64,000 nt of DNA from Candidatus Aminicenantes bacterium UBA6072 (lineage in GTDB: Bacteria; Acidobacteriota; Aminicenantia; UBA2199): the NCBI GenBank assembly GCA_002436105.1, contig DIXU01000003.1:107773-171772 (forward strand), in the 5' to 3' direction. Below the pieces are notes generated by a model, which was not told where the DNA came from, did no database searches, and was given only the letters and a program-made list of their open reading frames with translations. The translations under genes and the position numbers were made by a program. This document shows, piece after piece, positions 26,111-35,667 of this stretch. Each line of letters begins with the position of its first letter. Position 1 is the first letter of the stretch.

Positions 26111-28198
26111 GTGCAAAAAACAAATGAAAGAAGGCTGTCCGGGATCTTCCTGCTCGCAGCCGCAGTGTTCGTGCTGCTGGCCGGTCCCTTGGCCGCCGAC
26201 GAGGGGATGTGGACACTGGACAACATGCCCCTGAAGCAGCTGAAGGAAAAGTACGGCTTCGAACCGACACCGGCCTGGCTCGAGCATATCCGCCTGGCCT
26301 CGGTGCGCGTGGGCGACGGGGGCTCGGGCTCGTTCGTCAGTCCCAACGGGCTGGTTCTGACCAACCACCACGTGGCCCTGGGCCAGCTGCAGAAGCTCTC
26401 CAGCGCCCAGAAGAACTATGTGGCCGACGGCTTCTACGCCCCGACGCAGGCCGACGAGATCCCCTGCCCCGACCTGGAGCTCAATGTCCTGATCTCCACG
26501 GAGAACGTCACCGACAAGGTGATGGCGGCGGTCAAGAAAGGCATGGACCCGGTCAAGGCCCTGGAGGCCAAAAAGGCCGCCATCGCCCAGATCGAGCGCC
26601 TGAGCCTCAGGAAAACCGGCCTGCGCTCCGACGTGGTCTCCCTCTATCACGGCGGCGAATACTGGCTCTACCGCTACAAGAAATATACCGATGTCAAGCT
26701 GGTCTTCGCCCCCGAGCAGCAGGCCGCTTTCTATGGCGGCGATCCCGATAACTTCACCTACCCGCGCCACGACCTCGACATGGCCATCTTTCGCGCCTAC
26801 GAGAAGGGTATGCCGGCCAAAGTCACCCATTACCTGAAATGGAGCCCCCAGGGCGCCGCCGACGGCGAGCTGGTCTTCGTTTCCGGCCATCCCGGCTCGA
26901 CCAACCGCCTGATGACCCTGGCCCAGATCGAGTTCCAGCGCGACTTCGCCTATCCCCTGCGCATTCAGTCGATGAAGCGCATGCTGGAAGTGGCCCGCGC
27001 CTACGCCGCCGGGAGCCCGGAGCAAGCGCGCCAGGCCGCCGGCATGATCTTCGGCATCGAGAACGGGCTCAAGGTCTCCAGCGGCGAATACGAAGGCCTC
27101 AAGGCCGCCGGCATCATGGAAAAGAAAGCCGCCCAGGAAGCTGAATTCCGCAAGCTGATCGCCGCCAATCCCCAGTGGCAGGCCGAGTACGCCGGCGCCT
27201 GGGATGCGATCGCCGCGGCCATCGAGAAGCAGAAGCCGCGCATGAAGGAGATGACCTACCGGCGCCTCCCGGGCATGCGCCTGGGCGGCATCGCGCTGCA
27301 GATCGTCCAGCTCTCTGCAGAACTGCAGAAGCCCGACGGCCAGCGCCTGGACGGCTACCACACCTCCCAGCTGGACTCGCTGCGCTTCCGCCTCTTCTCA
27401 CCCGCCCCCATCTATCCGGGCCTCGAGGAGGTCATGGCCGTCGATGCCATCAAGCTGATGCTCGAGGAGCTTGGCGCCGATGATCCCTACGTCAAGGCCT
27501 GCCTGGACGGCAAGACGCCCGAGGAGGCGGCCAAGGCCCTGCTGGCCGGCACGCAGCTGGCCGACCCGGCTCTGCGCCGCATGCTGGTTGACGGCGGCCC
27601 GGCGGCCGTGGCCAACTGCAAGGACAGCTACATCGTGCTGGCGCGCAAGCTCGACCCGATGATCCGCGAAATGCGCAAGTGGGCCGAGGACAACATCGAG
27701 AGCGTCTCGAGGCCTGCCGCCGAAAAGATCGGCCAGGCACGCTTCGTCGCCTACGGCAAGAACGCCTATCCCGACGCCACCTTCACCCTGCGCCTCTCCT
27801 ACGGCGCCGTCAAGGGCTATCCGATGAACGGCACCCTTGCCCCCAGCAAGACCACTTTCCACGGCCTCATTGACCGCTCCCTCGGCTTCGACAACAAGCC
27901 CCCCTTCCACCTGCCCGAGCGCGTCGCCGCCGCCCGCGACAGGATCGACCTGTCCACGCCTCTGAACTTCGTCTGCACCGGGGACATCATCGGCGGCAAC
28001 TCGGGTTCGCCGGTGATCAATGCCGCCGGCGAGGTGGTCGGCCTGGTCTTCGACGGCAACGTCGAGAGCTTCATCGGTCGCTACTTCTACGACGACACCG
28101 CCAACCGCACCGTCTCGGTGCACAGCGCGGCCATGATCGAGGCCATGAAAAAGATCTACGGCGCCGACGCTCTGGCCAGGGAAATTCTCGGCGAGTAA
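26111..28198 (+). CDS. Peptidase S46 family dipeptidyl-peptidase (DPP7/DPP11-like)
   Basis: Signal peptide then DEGMWTLDN, catalytic His LVLTNHHVA, catalytic Ser GGNSGSPV. GTG start with AGGAGG 6 nt upstream. Confidence 0.9.
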   Translation: MQKTNERRLSGIFLLAAAVFVLLAGPLAADEGMWTLDNMPLKQLKEKYGFEPTPAWLEHIRLASVRVGDGGSGSFVSPNGLVLTNHHVALGQLQKLSSAQKNYVADGFYAPTQADEIPCPDLELNVLISTENVTDKVMAAVKKGMDPVKALEAKKAAIAQIERLSLRKTGLRSDVVSLYHGGEYWLYRYKKYTDVKLVFAPEQQAAFYGGDPDNFTYPRHDLDMAIFRAYEKGMPAKVTHYLKWSPQGAADGELVFVSGHPGSTNRLMTLAQIEFQRDFAYPLRIQSMKRMLEVARAYAAGSPEQARQAAGMIFGIENGLKVSSGEYEGLKAAGIMEKKAAQEAEFRKLIAANPQWQAEYAGAWDAIAAAIEKQKPRMKEMTYRRLPGMRLGGIALQIVQLSAELQKPDGQRLDGYHTSQLDSLRFRLFSPAPIYPGLEEVMAVDAIKLMLEELGADDPYVKACLDGKTPEEAAKALLAGTQLADPALRRMLVDGGPAAVANCKDSYIVLARKLDPMIREMRKWAEDNIESVSRPAAEKIGQARFVAYGKNAYPDATFTLRLSYGAVKGYPMNGTLAPSKTTFHGLIDRSLGFDNKPPFHLPERVAAARDRIDLSTPLNFVCTGDIIGGNSGSPVINAAGEVVGLVFDGNVESFIGRYFYDDTANRTVSVHSAAMIEAMKKIYGADALAREILGE

Positions 28199-28222
28199 GG
28201 TTTTCAAATCGCGCCAATGAAA

Positions 28223-28255
28223 GGCGGGGGCCCGCGCCCCCGCCTTTTTTATTTT
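28223..28255 (+). terminator. Rho-independent terminator of the S46 peptidase gene
   Basis: GGCGGGGGC-ccgc-GCCCCCGCC followed by TTTTTTATTTT. Confidence 0.75.
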
Positions 28256-28283
28256 GCGGCCAGGCGCTCGACCAACAGAAAGT

Positions 28284-28319
28284 AAAAAGGGCGGGGCACA
28301 GGCCCCGCCCTTTTCATTT
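28284..28319 (-). terminator. Rho-independent (bidirectional) terminator of the S9 peptidase gene
   Basis: GGGCGGGGC-acag-GCCCCGCCC (28289-28310), flanked by AAAAA on one side and TTTTCATTT on the other. On the minus strand it is followed by a T-run. Confidence 0.7.
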
Positions 28320-28343
28320 CAGGCGAAAATTACAGAAGCGGGC

Positions 28344-30302
28344 TCAGCGCACTTCGGCCGAGGCTCCCTCGATCTTCTGCCAGGGCTCGCTGCGGCCGCC
28401 CAGGTGCCGGGCCAGGAACTCGTCGACGCGGCCGTAGAAGTCAAGGCGGTTGACCGGCCGGGCGAAGCCATGCCCCTCGTCGGTGTAGACCACGTAGGTC
28501 ACCGGCAGTTTCTTGTCGCGCATGGCCTGGACGATCTGGTCGGCCTCGCGGATATTGACCCGAGGGTCGTTGGCCCCCTGGGCCACGATCAGCGGCACGC
28601 GGATGTTGGCCGCGTGGAAAAGGGGCGAGATCTTCTTGTTGAAGGCTTCGTCATTCTCGATGTCGCCGATGCGCAGGATCATCTGCCTTTTCATCGGGGC
28701 CCAGTAGGGCGGGATGGACGCCAGCAGGGTCTTGACGTTGGAAGGGCCGACGATATCGACGCCGCAGGCGTAGAGCTCGGGGGTGAAGACCAGTCCGGCC
28801 AGGGTGGCATAGCCGCCGTAGGAACCGCCGTAGATGCAGACTTTCTTGGGATCGGCGATCCCCTTGGCCACTGCCCATTTCACGGCGTCGGTCAGGTCGT
28901 GCTGCATGGTCCCCACGCCCCACTGGCCATTGCCGGCGTTGAGGAACTTCTTGCCGAAGCCGGCCGAGCCGCGGAAATTCACCTGCAGGCAGGCATAGCC
29001 GCGGTTGGCGAACCACTGCGCCTCAGGATGGAAACCCCAGGAATCACGCCCCCAGGGGCCGCCGTGGACGTTGAGCACCAGCGGCAGGTTCTTGCCTTTA
29101 GAGCCCACGGGCAGGGTCAGGTAACTCACCAGCCGGAAGCCGTCGCGGGCCTTGATCACCACCGGCTCCATCTTGGCCAGCTTGTACTTGGCCAGCTCGG
29201 GCCGGTTGAGGAACAGCAGCTCCGCTTTCTTGCTGGCGCGATCATAGAGATAATAGGATACGGAGCCGTCGTCCACCATGGTGGTGACCAGCCACTTGGA
29301 GTCGGCGCGGTCGCGGCCTCCCAGGTAGAACTCGCCGCGGCCGATCTTGGCCAGGGCGGCGAAATCGTCCTGGATCGCGGGGTCAAGGACCCGCCACTCG
29401 TTCTTCAGGTAGTTGAACGACACCGCCTGCACCTTCTTGGTGTCGGGATGGACGAAGGCGCCGCCCAGATCGACCCTGGAGTCACGGGCGATGGTTTCCA
29501 GTTCCTTCCCGCTGGCGGCGTTCAGGAGCACCAGGCGGGTGGTATCGGCGCCCAGGGAAGTAATGAAATAGAGCGACTTGCCGTCCAGCGAAAAATCGAC
29601 GACACCGCCGTTCTCGCCGAAGGGCAGGGTGACCAGGTCGCGCCAGGGGGCGTCCTTGCTGTCGCGTACGCGCACGACAGTCGACGCATCCCGGGGATTC
29701 TGCGCCTGGCAGGCGCGGATTTGGAAGTCGGGGTCAGTGACCCAGCCCAGAACGTCCCCCGGATTCTGGGTGTCGAGGACGATGGCGCCGGTCCTCAGGT
29801 CGACGCGGTGCATGTCGAAGACGCGGCGGTCGCGCAAGTTCAGGCCGACCAGCATCTGCTCGGGAAACTTCTTGTCCAGCATGACATTGGCGGCGCGCAC
29901 GCCCTGGAACGGGGTCAGGTCGCGCACCGCCTTCGTCTCCAGGTCGACCGAGTAGACGTGCCAGTTCTCGTCGCCGCCGATGTCCTGCAGGTAGAAGAGG
30001 CGCGTGCCGTCTTCGGCCCAGAAGTGGATGCGGATGCCGCGGTGGGTGTCGTTGGTCACCTGGACGTCATCCTCCCTGCCGATGGTGCGCACCCAGACGT
30101 TGAGCACCCCCTTGTCCGAGGGGGCCAGGTAGGCCAGGCGCGTGCCGCAGGGCGAGAGGCGCGGCGATGCCTTGACCGGGTTGCCGAACAGCACCTCGCG
30201 CGGGATCAGGGGCACGTCGTCGGGGACGGCGGAAAACATCGGCGCGACGGCCATCAGGACCGCCGCGCAGGCCATGACTAGGCCCTTGCATTTTTTTGAC
30301 AT
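28344..30302 (-). CDS. Peptidase S9 family (prolyl oligopeptidase / dipeptidyl- or acylaminoacyl-peptidase), secreted
   Basis: 652 aa. Signal peptide, beta-propeller half, catalytic GGSYGGY, and DEGHGF near the C-terminus. Confidence 0.9.
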   Translation of the reverse strand: MSKKCKGLVMACAAVLMAVAPMFSAVPDDVPLIPREVLFGNPVKASPRLSPCGTRLAYLAPSDKGVLNVWVRTIGREDDVQVTNDTHRGIRIHFWAEDGTRLFYLQDIGGDENWHVYSVDLETKAVRDLTPFQGVRAANVMLDKKFPEQMLVGLNLRDRRVFDMHRVDLRTGAIVLDTQNPGDVLGWVTDPDFQIRACQAQNPRDASTVVRVRDSKDAPWRDLVTLPFGENGGVVDFSLDGKSLYFITSLGADTTRLVLLNAASGKELETIARDSRVDLGGAFVHPDTKKVQAVSFNYLKNEWRVLDPAIQDDFAALAKIGRGEFYLGGRDRADSKWLVTTMVDDGSVSYYLYDRASKKAELLFLNRPELAKYKLAKMEPVVIKARDGFRLVSYLTLPVGSKGKNLPLVLNVHGGPWGRDSWGFHPEAQWFANRGYACLQVNFRGSAGFGKKFLNAGNGQWGVGTMQHDLTDAVKWAVAKGIADPKKVCIYGGSYGGYATLAGLVFTPELYACGVDIVGPSNVKTLLASIPPYWAPMKRQMILRIGDIENDEAFNKKISPLFHAANIRVPLIVAQGANDPRVNIREADQIVQAMRDKKLPVTYVVYTDEGHGFARPVNRLDFYGRVDEFLARHLGGRSEPWQKIEGASAEVR

Positions 30303-30464
30303 GGGTATCCTCCTTGATGAAGTCTATACATAAAACGTTGGCCGGGAGCATCCGGTTTCTTTTCCAGGCCGCATTCTTGATTTTTTGCCGGGGACGCGAT
30401 CCGCTGCGCCTACCGGGAATCCTCCACCCTGTGTTCGGCGCGCCATTCCCTGCCCGGCATGGCT

Positions 30465-31448
30465 TCAGGAAAGCAGGCCGGGCAGCGCGGCCTCGACCTC
30501 GCGCCAGTGCGCCGCGTCGAGTTTGGCGCCCACCACCTCGACCACTTTGCCCGACAGCAGGGAGCCGATGCGGCCGCAAACGGGCAGCGCATATCCCCGG
30601 ATCATTCCGTAAAGAAAACCGGCGGCGTAGAGGTCGCCGGCGCCGGTCGTGTCGATGGCCCGGGCCGGAATGCATTCGACGCGGTGTTCCTCGTTCTTGC
30701 GCTTGAGCAGGGAGCCGTTCTTGCCCAGCTTGACCACGGCGATGCCGCAGCAGGGCGAGATGCTGACCAGGGCGTCGGCGGGCGAGTTTTTCCCGCTGAA
30801 GGCCATTGACTCGTCCTCGTTGGCGAAGACGATATCGACATAGCCGCCGACCATCTCCTGCAGGAAGGCCAGGTTCTCGCGCACCACGTTGTGGCTGGCC
30901 AGGTCGAGCGAAACCACCAGGCCCGCCTTCTTGGCCAGGCGCAGGGCCGTTTCGGCCAGCGGATGGTTCTGCGCCATGTAGCCCTCGATATGGAAATAGT
31001 CGTAACCGCGGAACAGCTCCTCCGAGAGGTCGGCGGCCTCCAGCTCCACCGCCGCGCCCAGGAAGGTGGCGAAAGTGCGCTCCGAGTCGGGGGTGATGAA
31101 GCCCAGGGCCCGCCCGGTCTGGGCGGTGCCGGGAAACAGGCGGGCCCTTATGCCATGGCGCTCCATCTCGGCGGCGAAGAACTCTCCGTAGCGGTCGCGG
31201 CCGATCTTGCCGATGTAGCCGGAGGGCACGCCCAGGCGCGCCAATCCGCTGATGGTATTGGCTGCCGAGCCGCCGCATGCCTCCTGCTTCTCCAGGTGCG
31301 ATATCCTGTCCAGGATGGCATTGACCTGCTCCTCGCGCACCAGGGTCATGCAGCTTTTGGGCAGGTCCAGCGAGCCCAGCAGCGCGTCATCGTCGATGCG
31401 CACCAGGATATCGACCAGGGCATTGCCCAAACCGAGCACTTTTTTCAT
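30465..31448 (-). CDS. PfkB-family carbohydrate/nucleoside kinase (adenosine-kinase-like)
   Basis: 327 aa. GGSAANT and DTTGAGDLYAAGFLYG motifs. Confidence 0.85.
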   Translation of the reverse strand: MKKVLGLGNALVDILVRIDDDALLGSLDLPKSCMTLVREEQVNAILDRISHLEKQEACGGSAANTISGLARLGVPSGYIGKIGRDRYGEFFAAEMERHGIRARLFPGTAQTGRALGFITPDSERTFATFLGAAVELEAADLSEELFRGYDYFHIEGYMAQNHPLAETALRLAKKAGLVVSLDLASHNVVRENLAFLQEMVGGYVDIVFANEDESMAFSGKNSPADALVSISPCCGIAVVKLGKNGSLLKRKNEEHRVECIPARAIDTTGAGDLYAAGFLYGMIRGYALPVCGRIGSLLSGKVVEVVGAKLDAAHWREVEAALPGLLS

Positions 31449-31481
31449 GGTTCTCCCTCGGGGCGGTCGCGGCCGCGCTCC

Positions 31482-31850
31482 TTACAGTTTCGTGTGGGTG
31501 ATCTTCTCGACTTCGTTCCCGTCGCCCATGGTGAGGATGGTGGCGCTGAGCGAGTTCAGTTCCTTCTCGTCGAGCAGGGCATAGGCGGCGATGATGACCA
31601 GGTCGCCGGGATGGACCAGGCGGGCGGCGGCGCCATTGACCACGATGCCGCCCGAGGCGCGCTTCCAGGGCAGGACATAGGTGGACCAGCGCCGGCCGTT
31701 GTTGACGTTGTAGACATCGACTTTCTGGAAAACGCGCAAGCCGGCTTTTTCCATGATCTCTTCGTCGATGGCGATGCTGCCCTCGTAGTGCAGGTCGGCT
31801 CCGGTGACGGTGGCCCGGTGGATCTTGGCGATCAGGTACGGGATCAGCAT
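31482..31850 (-). CDS. panD: Aspartate 1-decarboxylase
   Basis: KIHRATVTGADLHYEGSIAIDEE, including the Gly-Ser self-processing site. Confidence 0.93.
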   Translation of the reverse strand: MLIPYLIAKIHRATVTGADLHYEGSIAIDEEIMEKAGLRVFQKVDVYNVNNGRRWSTYVLPWKRASGGIVVNGAAARLVHPGDLVIIAAYALLDEKELNSLSATILTMGDGNEVEKITHTKL

Positions 31851-32701
31851 TTTATCTCTCCTGAAAGAGTATTGTCGATCAGGCGCGTCCTGCCGGCGCG
31901 AACGGCGGCGGCGACCAGGGTATTCCCCGGCTCGACCCTGGCGGTCTCCTCCAGGTCGTCCAGGCGGACAATGGCGATGTAATCGACCGCCAGCAGGGGC
32001 TGGCGGGCGATCTCCGCCCTCATGGCCGCGCGCAGGGCCCGGGAATCCCTCTCCCCCGCCTCGATCAGCGCCCGGGCACGCCGCAGCGCCTTGGGCAGGG
32101 CGAGGGCCGCGCGGCGCTCCTCGTCCGAGAGGAAGACGTTGCGTGAGGACAGGGCGAGGCCGTCGGCGTCGCGCACGATGGGCAGGACGCGCAGGCGCAC
32201 GGGCAGGTTCAGGTCGCGGATCATCTGGGCGATGATGCGCGCCTGCTGGGCGTCCTTCTGCCCGAAGTAGGCCCGCTGCGGTTGCAGCAGCATGAAGAGC
32301 TTGAGCACCACGGTGGTTACGCCACGGAAGTGGCCGGGTCGCGAGCGCCCGCAGAGCTTGCCGTCCAGCCCCGTGACATCCACCCAGGTGCGGAAGTCCG
32401 GGGGGTAGATCTCGGCGTCAGCGGGGATGAACAGGACATCCACTCCCTCGCGCCGCAGCTTGGCGGCGTCCTGCCGCGGGTCGCGCGGATAGCGCCCCAG
32501 GTCCTCGCCGGGGCCGAACTGGGAGGGGTTGACGAAAATGGAGACCACGGTCAGATCGTTTTCGCGGCAGGAGGCGCGCACCAGGCTGAGGTGTCCCTCG
32601 TGCAGGTAGCCCATGGTGGGCACGAAGCCCAGCCGGCCTCTCGCGGGGATCGGGGCGGCAAGAGCCCGGCGCAGGCTGGCGATGGTCCGGCAGGTCTTCA
32701 T
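31844..32701 (-). CDS. panC: Pantoate--beta-alanine ligase
   Basis: GFVPTMGYLHEGHLSLV (HIGH-like) and FGQKDAQQ motifs. Start at MKTCRT overlaps the panB stop (ATGA). Confidence 0.9.
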   Translation of the reverse strand: MKTCRTIASLRRALAAPIPARGRLGFVPTMGYLHEGHLSLVRASCRENDLTVVSIFVNPSQFGPGEDLGRYPRDPRQDAAKLRREGVDVLFIPADAEIYPPDFRTWVDVTGLDGKLCGRSRPGHFRGVTTVVLKLFMLLQPQRAYFGQKDAQQARIIAQMIRDLNLPVRLRVLPIVRDADGLALSSRNVFLSDEERRAALALPKALRRARALIEAGERDSRALRAAMRAEIARQPLLAVDYIAIVRLDDLEETARVEPGNTLVAAAVRAGRTRLIDNTLSGEIKC

Positions 32702-33543
32702 CGCAGGAACTCGTCGATATCCAGCTTCAGGTGGTAGCTTTCGCCATCGCTGGGGAAACTGCCGCCCTGGACATCGCGGATATAGCTCTGCAGGGCGCCG
32801 AGCCAAAGGGTGCGGGTATCGGCGTACTTGCGCACGAACTTGGGCATGTAGAGGTCGGTGAAGCCCACCAGGTCGTGGAAGACCAGGATCTGGCCGTCGC
32901 AGCCGCTGCCGGCGCCGATGCCGATGGTCGGGATGCTCAGGTCGGCAGAGATCCTCCGCGCCAGTTCCTGGGGGACCGACTCGAGCACGACGGCGAACAC
33001 GCCGAGCTTCTCCAGGTCAAGCGCATCCCGGTGGATCTCGCGCGCCTTTTCCCGCAGCTTGCCCTGCACCTTGAAGCCGCCCAGTGCATGCACCGACTGC
33101 GGCGTCAGCCCCAGGTGGGCCAGGACCGGGATCTCGGCATCGAGAAGGGCCTCGATCACCCGGAAGCGCTTGCGCCCCCCCTCCAGCTTGACCGCCTCGG
33201 CCCCCCCCTCCTTCACGCAACGGCAGGCGTTCTCCACGCTGCGCTCGATGCCGCCGTGGAACGATCCGTACGGCAGGTCGCTGACCACCAGCGGCAGCGG
33301 CTCGGCGCGGGTGACCAGCGAGGTGTGGTAGACGATTTCGTCCAGGGTCACCTTCAGGGTATTGGCGTGCCCCTGCAGGACCATGCCCAGGGAGTCTCCG
33401 ACCAGGATCAGGTCGATGCCGGCTTCAGAGGCCAGGCGGGCGGTCGGGTAATCATAGGCCGTGACCGCCGCGATCTTCTCGCCGCGCGCTTTTTTCCGCC
33501 CGAGAGTCAGGGCCGTCTTCTTTTCCAGGTCAGGCTGGGGCAT
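32698..33543 (-). CDS. panB: 3-methyl-2-oxobutanoate hydroxymethyltransferase
   Basis: TAYDYPTARL, LVGDSLGMV, VKLEGG and GHLGLTPQS motifs. Confidence 0.93.
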   Translation of the reverse strand: MPQPDLEKKTALTLGRKKARGEKIAAVTAYDYPTARLASEAGIDLILVGDSLGMVLQGHANTLKVTLDEIVYHTSLVTRAEPLPLVVSDLPYGSFHGGIERSVENACRCVKEGGAEAVKLEGGRKRFRVIEALLDAEIPVLAHLGLTPQSVHALGGFKVQGKLREKAREIHRDALDLEKLGVFAVVLESVPQELARRISADLSIPTIGIGAGSGCDGQILVFHDLVGFTDLYMPKFVRKYADTRTLWLGALQSYIRDVQGGSFPSDGESYHLKLDIDEFLR

Positions 33544-34264
33544 AATAGCTGTTCCCCTTTTTGTGGTTCTTGATCTCGTGGATCAGGCCGTCGATGTCCT
33601 TGCGGCTGTTGAAGTCGATCTTCTCGACGTTGACCACCAGCAGCGGCGACAGCTTGTAGTTGAAAAAATAGTAGTTGTAGGCCTCGAAGATCTCCCGCCA
33701 ATATTCGCTGGGGACCCTCTTTTCGTACTCGCTCCCCTGCTTGTGGATGCGCTGCAGCATCTCGGCGAACGAGGTTTGCAGGTAGACGACCAGGCTGCAG
33801 GGATGGATGCGCTCGGCGAAAATGCCCAGGATGCGCTTGTAGATGTCCAGGTCCTCGTCGTTGAGCACGGTGTGGGCGTAGATGCCGTCCTTGTAGAAAA
33901 TATAATTGGCGACCATGGTCTTCTGGAACAGGTCCTTCTGCTTCATCTCCAGCTGCTGGTTGAAGCGGTTGATCAGGAAGATGAGCTGGGTTTTGAGGGC
34001 CAGCGGATTGTAGCCGGAGGAGAATGATTCGTAATAATCCTTGAGGAAGGGGTTGCCCTGGCCCTTGAGCCCGGGCCGGGAAGGGTCGGCGAAGGGGGGC
34101 TGGCCCTGGCCGCCGGGGCCGGGCCGGGCGTGCTGGACCACGGAGTACTCGCCCTGATTGTCGAGGAACAGGCGGGCCTTGAATTCCTCGGCCAGAATCC
34201 GGGCCAGCTTCGTTTTCCCGGATTTGACCAGACCCTCCACGGCGATGTACTTGAGATCGGTCAT
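33530..34264 (-). CDS. Deoxynucleoside-kinase-family protein
   Basis: P-loop IAVEGLVKSGKT at the N-terminus and dNK-like length, with a Gly/Pro-rich insertion (HARPGPGGQGQPPF...). Confidence 0.7.
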   Translation of the reverse strand: MTDLKYIAVEGLVKSGKTKLARILAEEFKARLFLDNQGEYSVVQHARPGPGGQGQPPFADPSRPGLKGQGNPFLKDYYESFSSGYNPLALKTQLIFLINRFNQQLEMKQKDLFQKTMVANYIFYKDGIYAHTVLNDEDLDIYKRILGIFAERIHPCSLVVYLQTSFAEMLQRIHKQGSEYEKRVPSEYWREIFEAYNYYFFNYKLSPLLVVNVEKIDFNSRKDIDGLIHEIKNHKKGNSYYAPA

Positions 34265-34272
34265 CGGGCCTG

Positions 34273-34301
34273 ATTATATCATGCGCGGGCCGGGCTGTAA
34301 A
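34273..34301 (-). promoter_or_regulatory. Candidate promoter giving a leaderless dNK-panBCD mRNA
   Basis: Minus strand reads TTTACA (34301-34296), N17, TGaTATAAT (-10 at 34278-34273), then 8 nt to ATG 34264. The -35 lies in the loop of an 8-bp hairpin (34288-34312) following glyA. Confidence 0.45.
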
Positions 34302-34325
34302 TCGGCCCGGCCGGGCGCCGCAGGC

Positions 34326-35618
34326 TCACACGTACTGCATTTCCAGGAAACGCGACCGCAGCTGGTTGACCTTGTCCTTGACCTGCTTGCCCCGAATGGC
34401 CCCGGCCATGAGCTCGCCCAGCTCGGCGAAATCCTTCTCCTTCATGCCGAAGCGGGTCATTTCCGGGGTGCCGATGCGCAGGCCCGAGGGGTTCTGGGCG
34501 TCGGTGTCACCGGGGAGCATGTTGTAGTTGCAGATGACATCATTGGCCTCCAGGGCCAGCGCCGCCTTGACGCCGCCGCCGAATGAGGCGACGTTGACCG
34601 CGATCTGGTGCGAGCGCGTATAGCCGAACTCCCTGGCCTCGACGGGAATGCCGCTGGCCTCCATGGACTTGGCCAGCGCCACTGCGTTCCTGCAGATCTG
34701 CTCGGCATAGTCCTTGCCGTGGGCCTTCATCTCGCGCGCTGCCACCAGCAGGGCCGGCAGGCTGTAGAGGTGGTGGTTGGAGGAAGTTCCCGGGAAGACG
34801 CCGCGGTCGGCGGCCGACCAGTATTTCTTCTCCCCATCGGCGTCCAGGTTGGCCAGGATCACACCGCGCTGGGGGCCGGGAAAGGTCTTGTGGGTGCTGC
34901 CGGTGAGCCAGGTGGCCCCCTCGGCCAGCGGGTCCTGGAACTGGCCGCCGGCGATCAGGCCGAGGACATGGGCGCCGTCGTAGAGAATGGGAATCTGCAG
35001 CTGGCGGCACAGAGGGGCCAATTCCCTGACCGGGTCGGGGAACAGGTAGAGGCTCTTGCCCATGACCAGCAGGTTGGGCTTGACCTCCTCGATCAGATCG
35101 AGCGACTTGGCCACGTCGATATGATAGCGGTCTTCGGTCAGGGGGAAGAAGCTCAGCTTGACCGAGTTCTCCTTGCCGGGCTTCAGCACCTGTCCGCGCA
35201 TCTGGATGCGCCGGCCCATGATGCCGAAGAAATTGTGGCTGATATGGCCGCCGGCGTCGGTGGAGTTGGCGATGACCGCGTCGCCGCCGCGCAGCCAGGC
35301 CATGGCGATGGCCGTGTTGGCGTTGTTGCCGCTGTAAGGCCGCACCTCGGCCTGGGCGCAGCCGAACAGCTCGCGCATCTCGCGGGCGGCCATGGTCTCG
35401 ATCTCGTCGATGAATCGTGTCCCCTGATAATAGCGGTTGATCTTGTCCGGGGTGTTGGGGTGGCCTTCGGCATAGCGGCCCATGAAGTCGTTGAGCTGGA
35501 TGGAACGCACCGCCGGGCTGGGCGTGTTCTCGCTGGCGATCAGGTTGATGCATTGCCTGCCCCGCCATTCGTTCTGCTTCTCGACTATGGCGAAAATGTC
35601 TTTCGTGTCAACGGGCAT
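34326..35618 (-). CDS. glyA: Serine hydroxymethyltransferase
   Basis: 430 aa. LIASENTPSPAV, and the PLP-lysine region GSTHKTFPGPQRG. Confidence 0.93.
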   Translation of the reverse strand: MPVDTKDIFAIVEKQNEWRGRQCINLIASENTPSPAVRSIQLNDFMGRYAEGHPNTPDKINRYYQGTRFIDEIETMAAREMRELFGCAQAEVRPYSGNNANTAIAMAWLRGGDAVIANSTDAGGHISHNFFGIMGRRIQMRGQVLKPGKENSVKLSFFPLTEDRYHIDVAKSLDLIEEVKPNLLVMGKSLYLFPDPVRELAPLCRQLQIPILYDGAHVLGLIAGGQFQDPLAEGATWLTGSTHKTFPGPQRGVILANLDADGEKKYWSAADRGVFPGTSSNHHLYSLPALLVAAREMKAHGKDYAEQICRNAVALAKSMEASGIPVEAREFGYTRSHQIAVNVASFGGGVKAALALEANDVICNYNMLPGDTDAQNPSGLRIGTPEMTRFGMKEKDFAELGELMAGAIRGKQVKDKVNQLRSRFLEMQYV

Positions 35619-35667
35619 GTGACCTCCTGGTTTTGACGTGATATTCTTATAAGAAAAAAGCTTGCGG

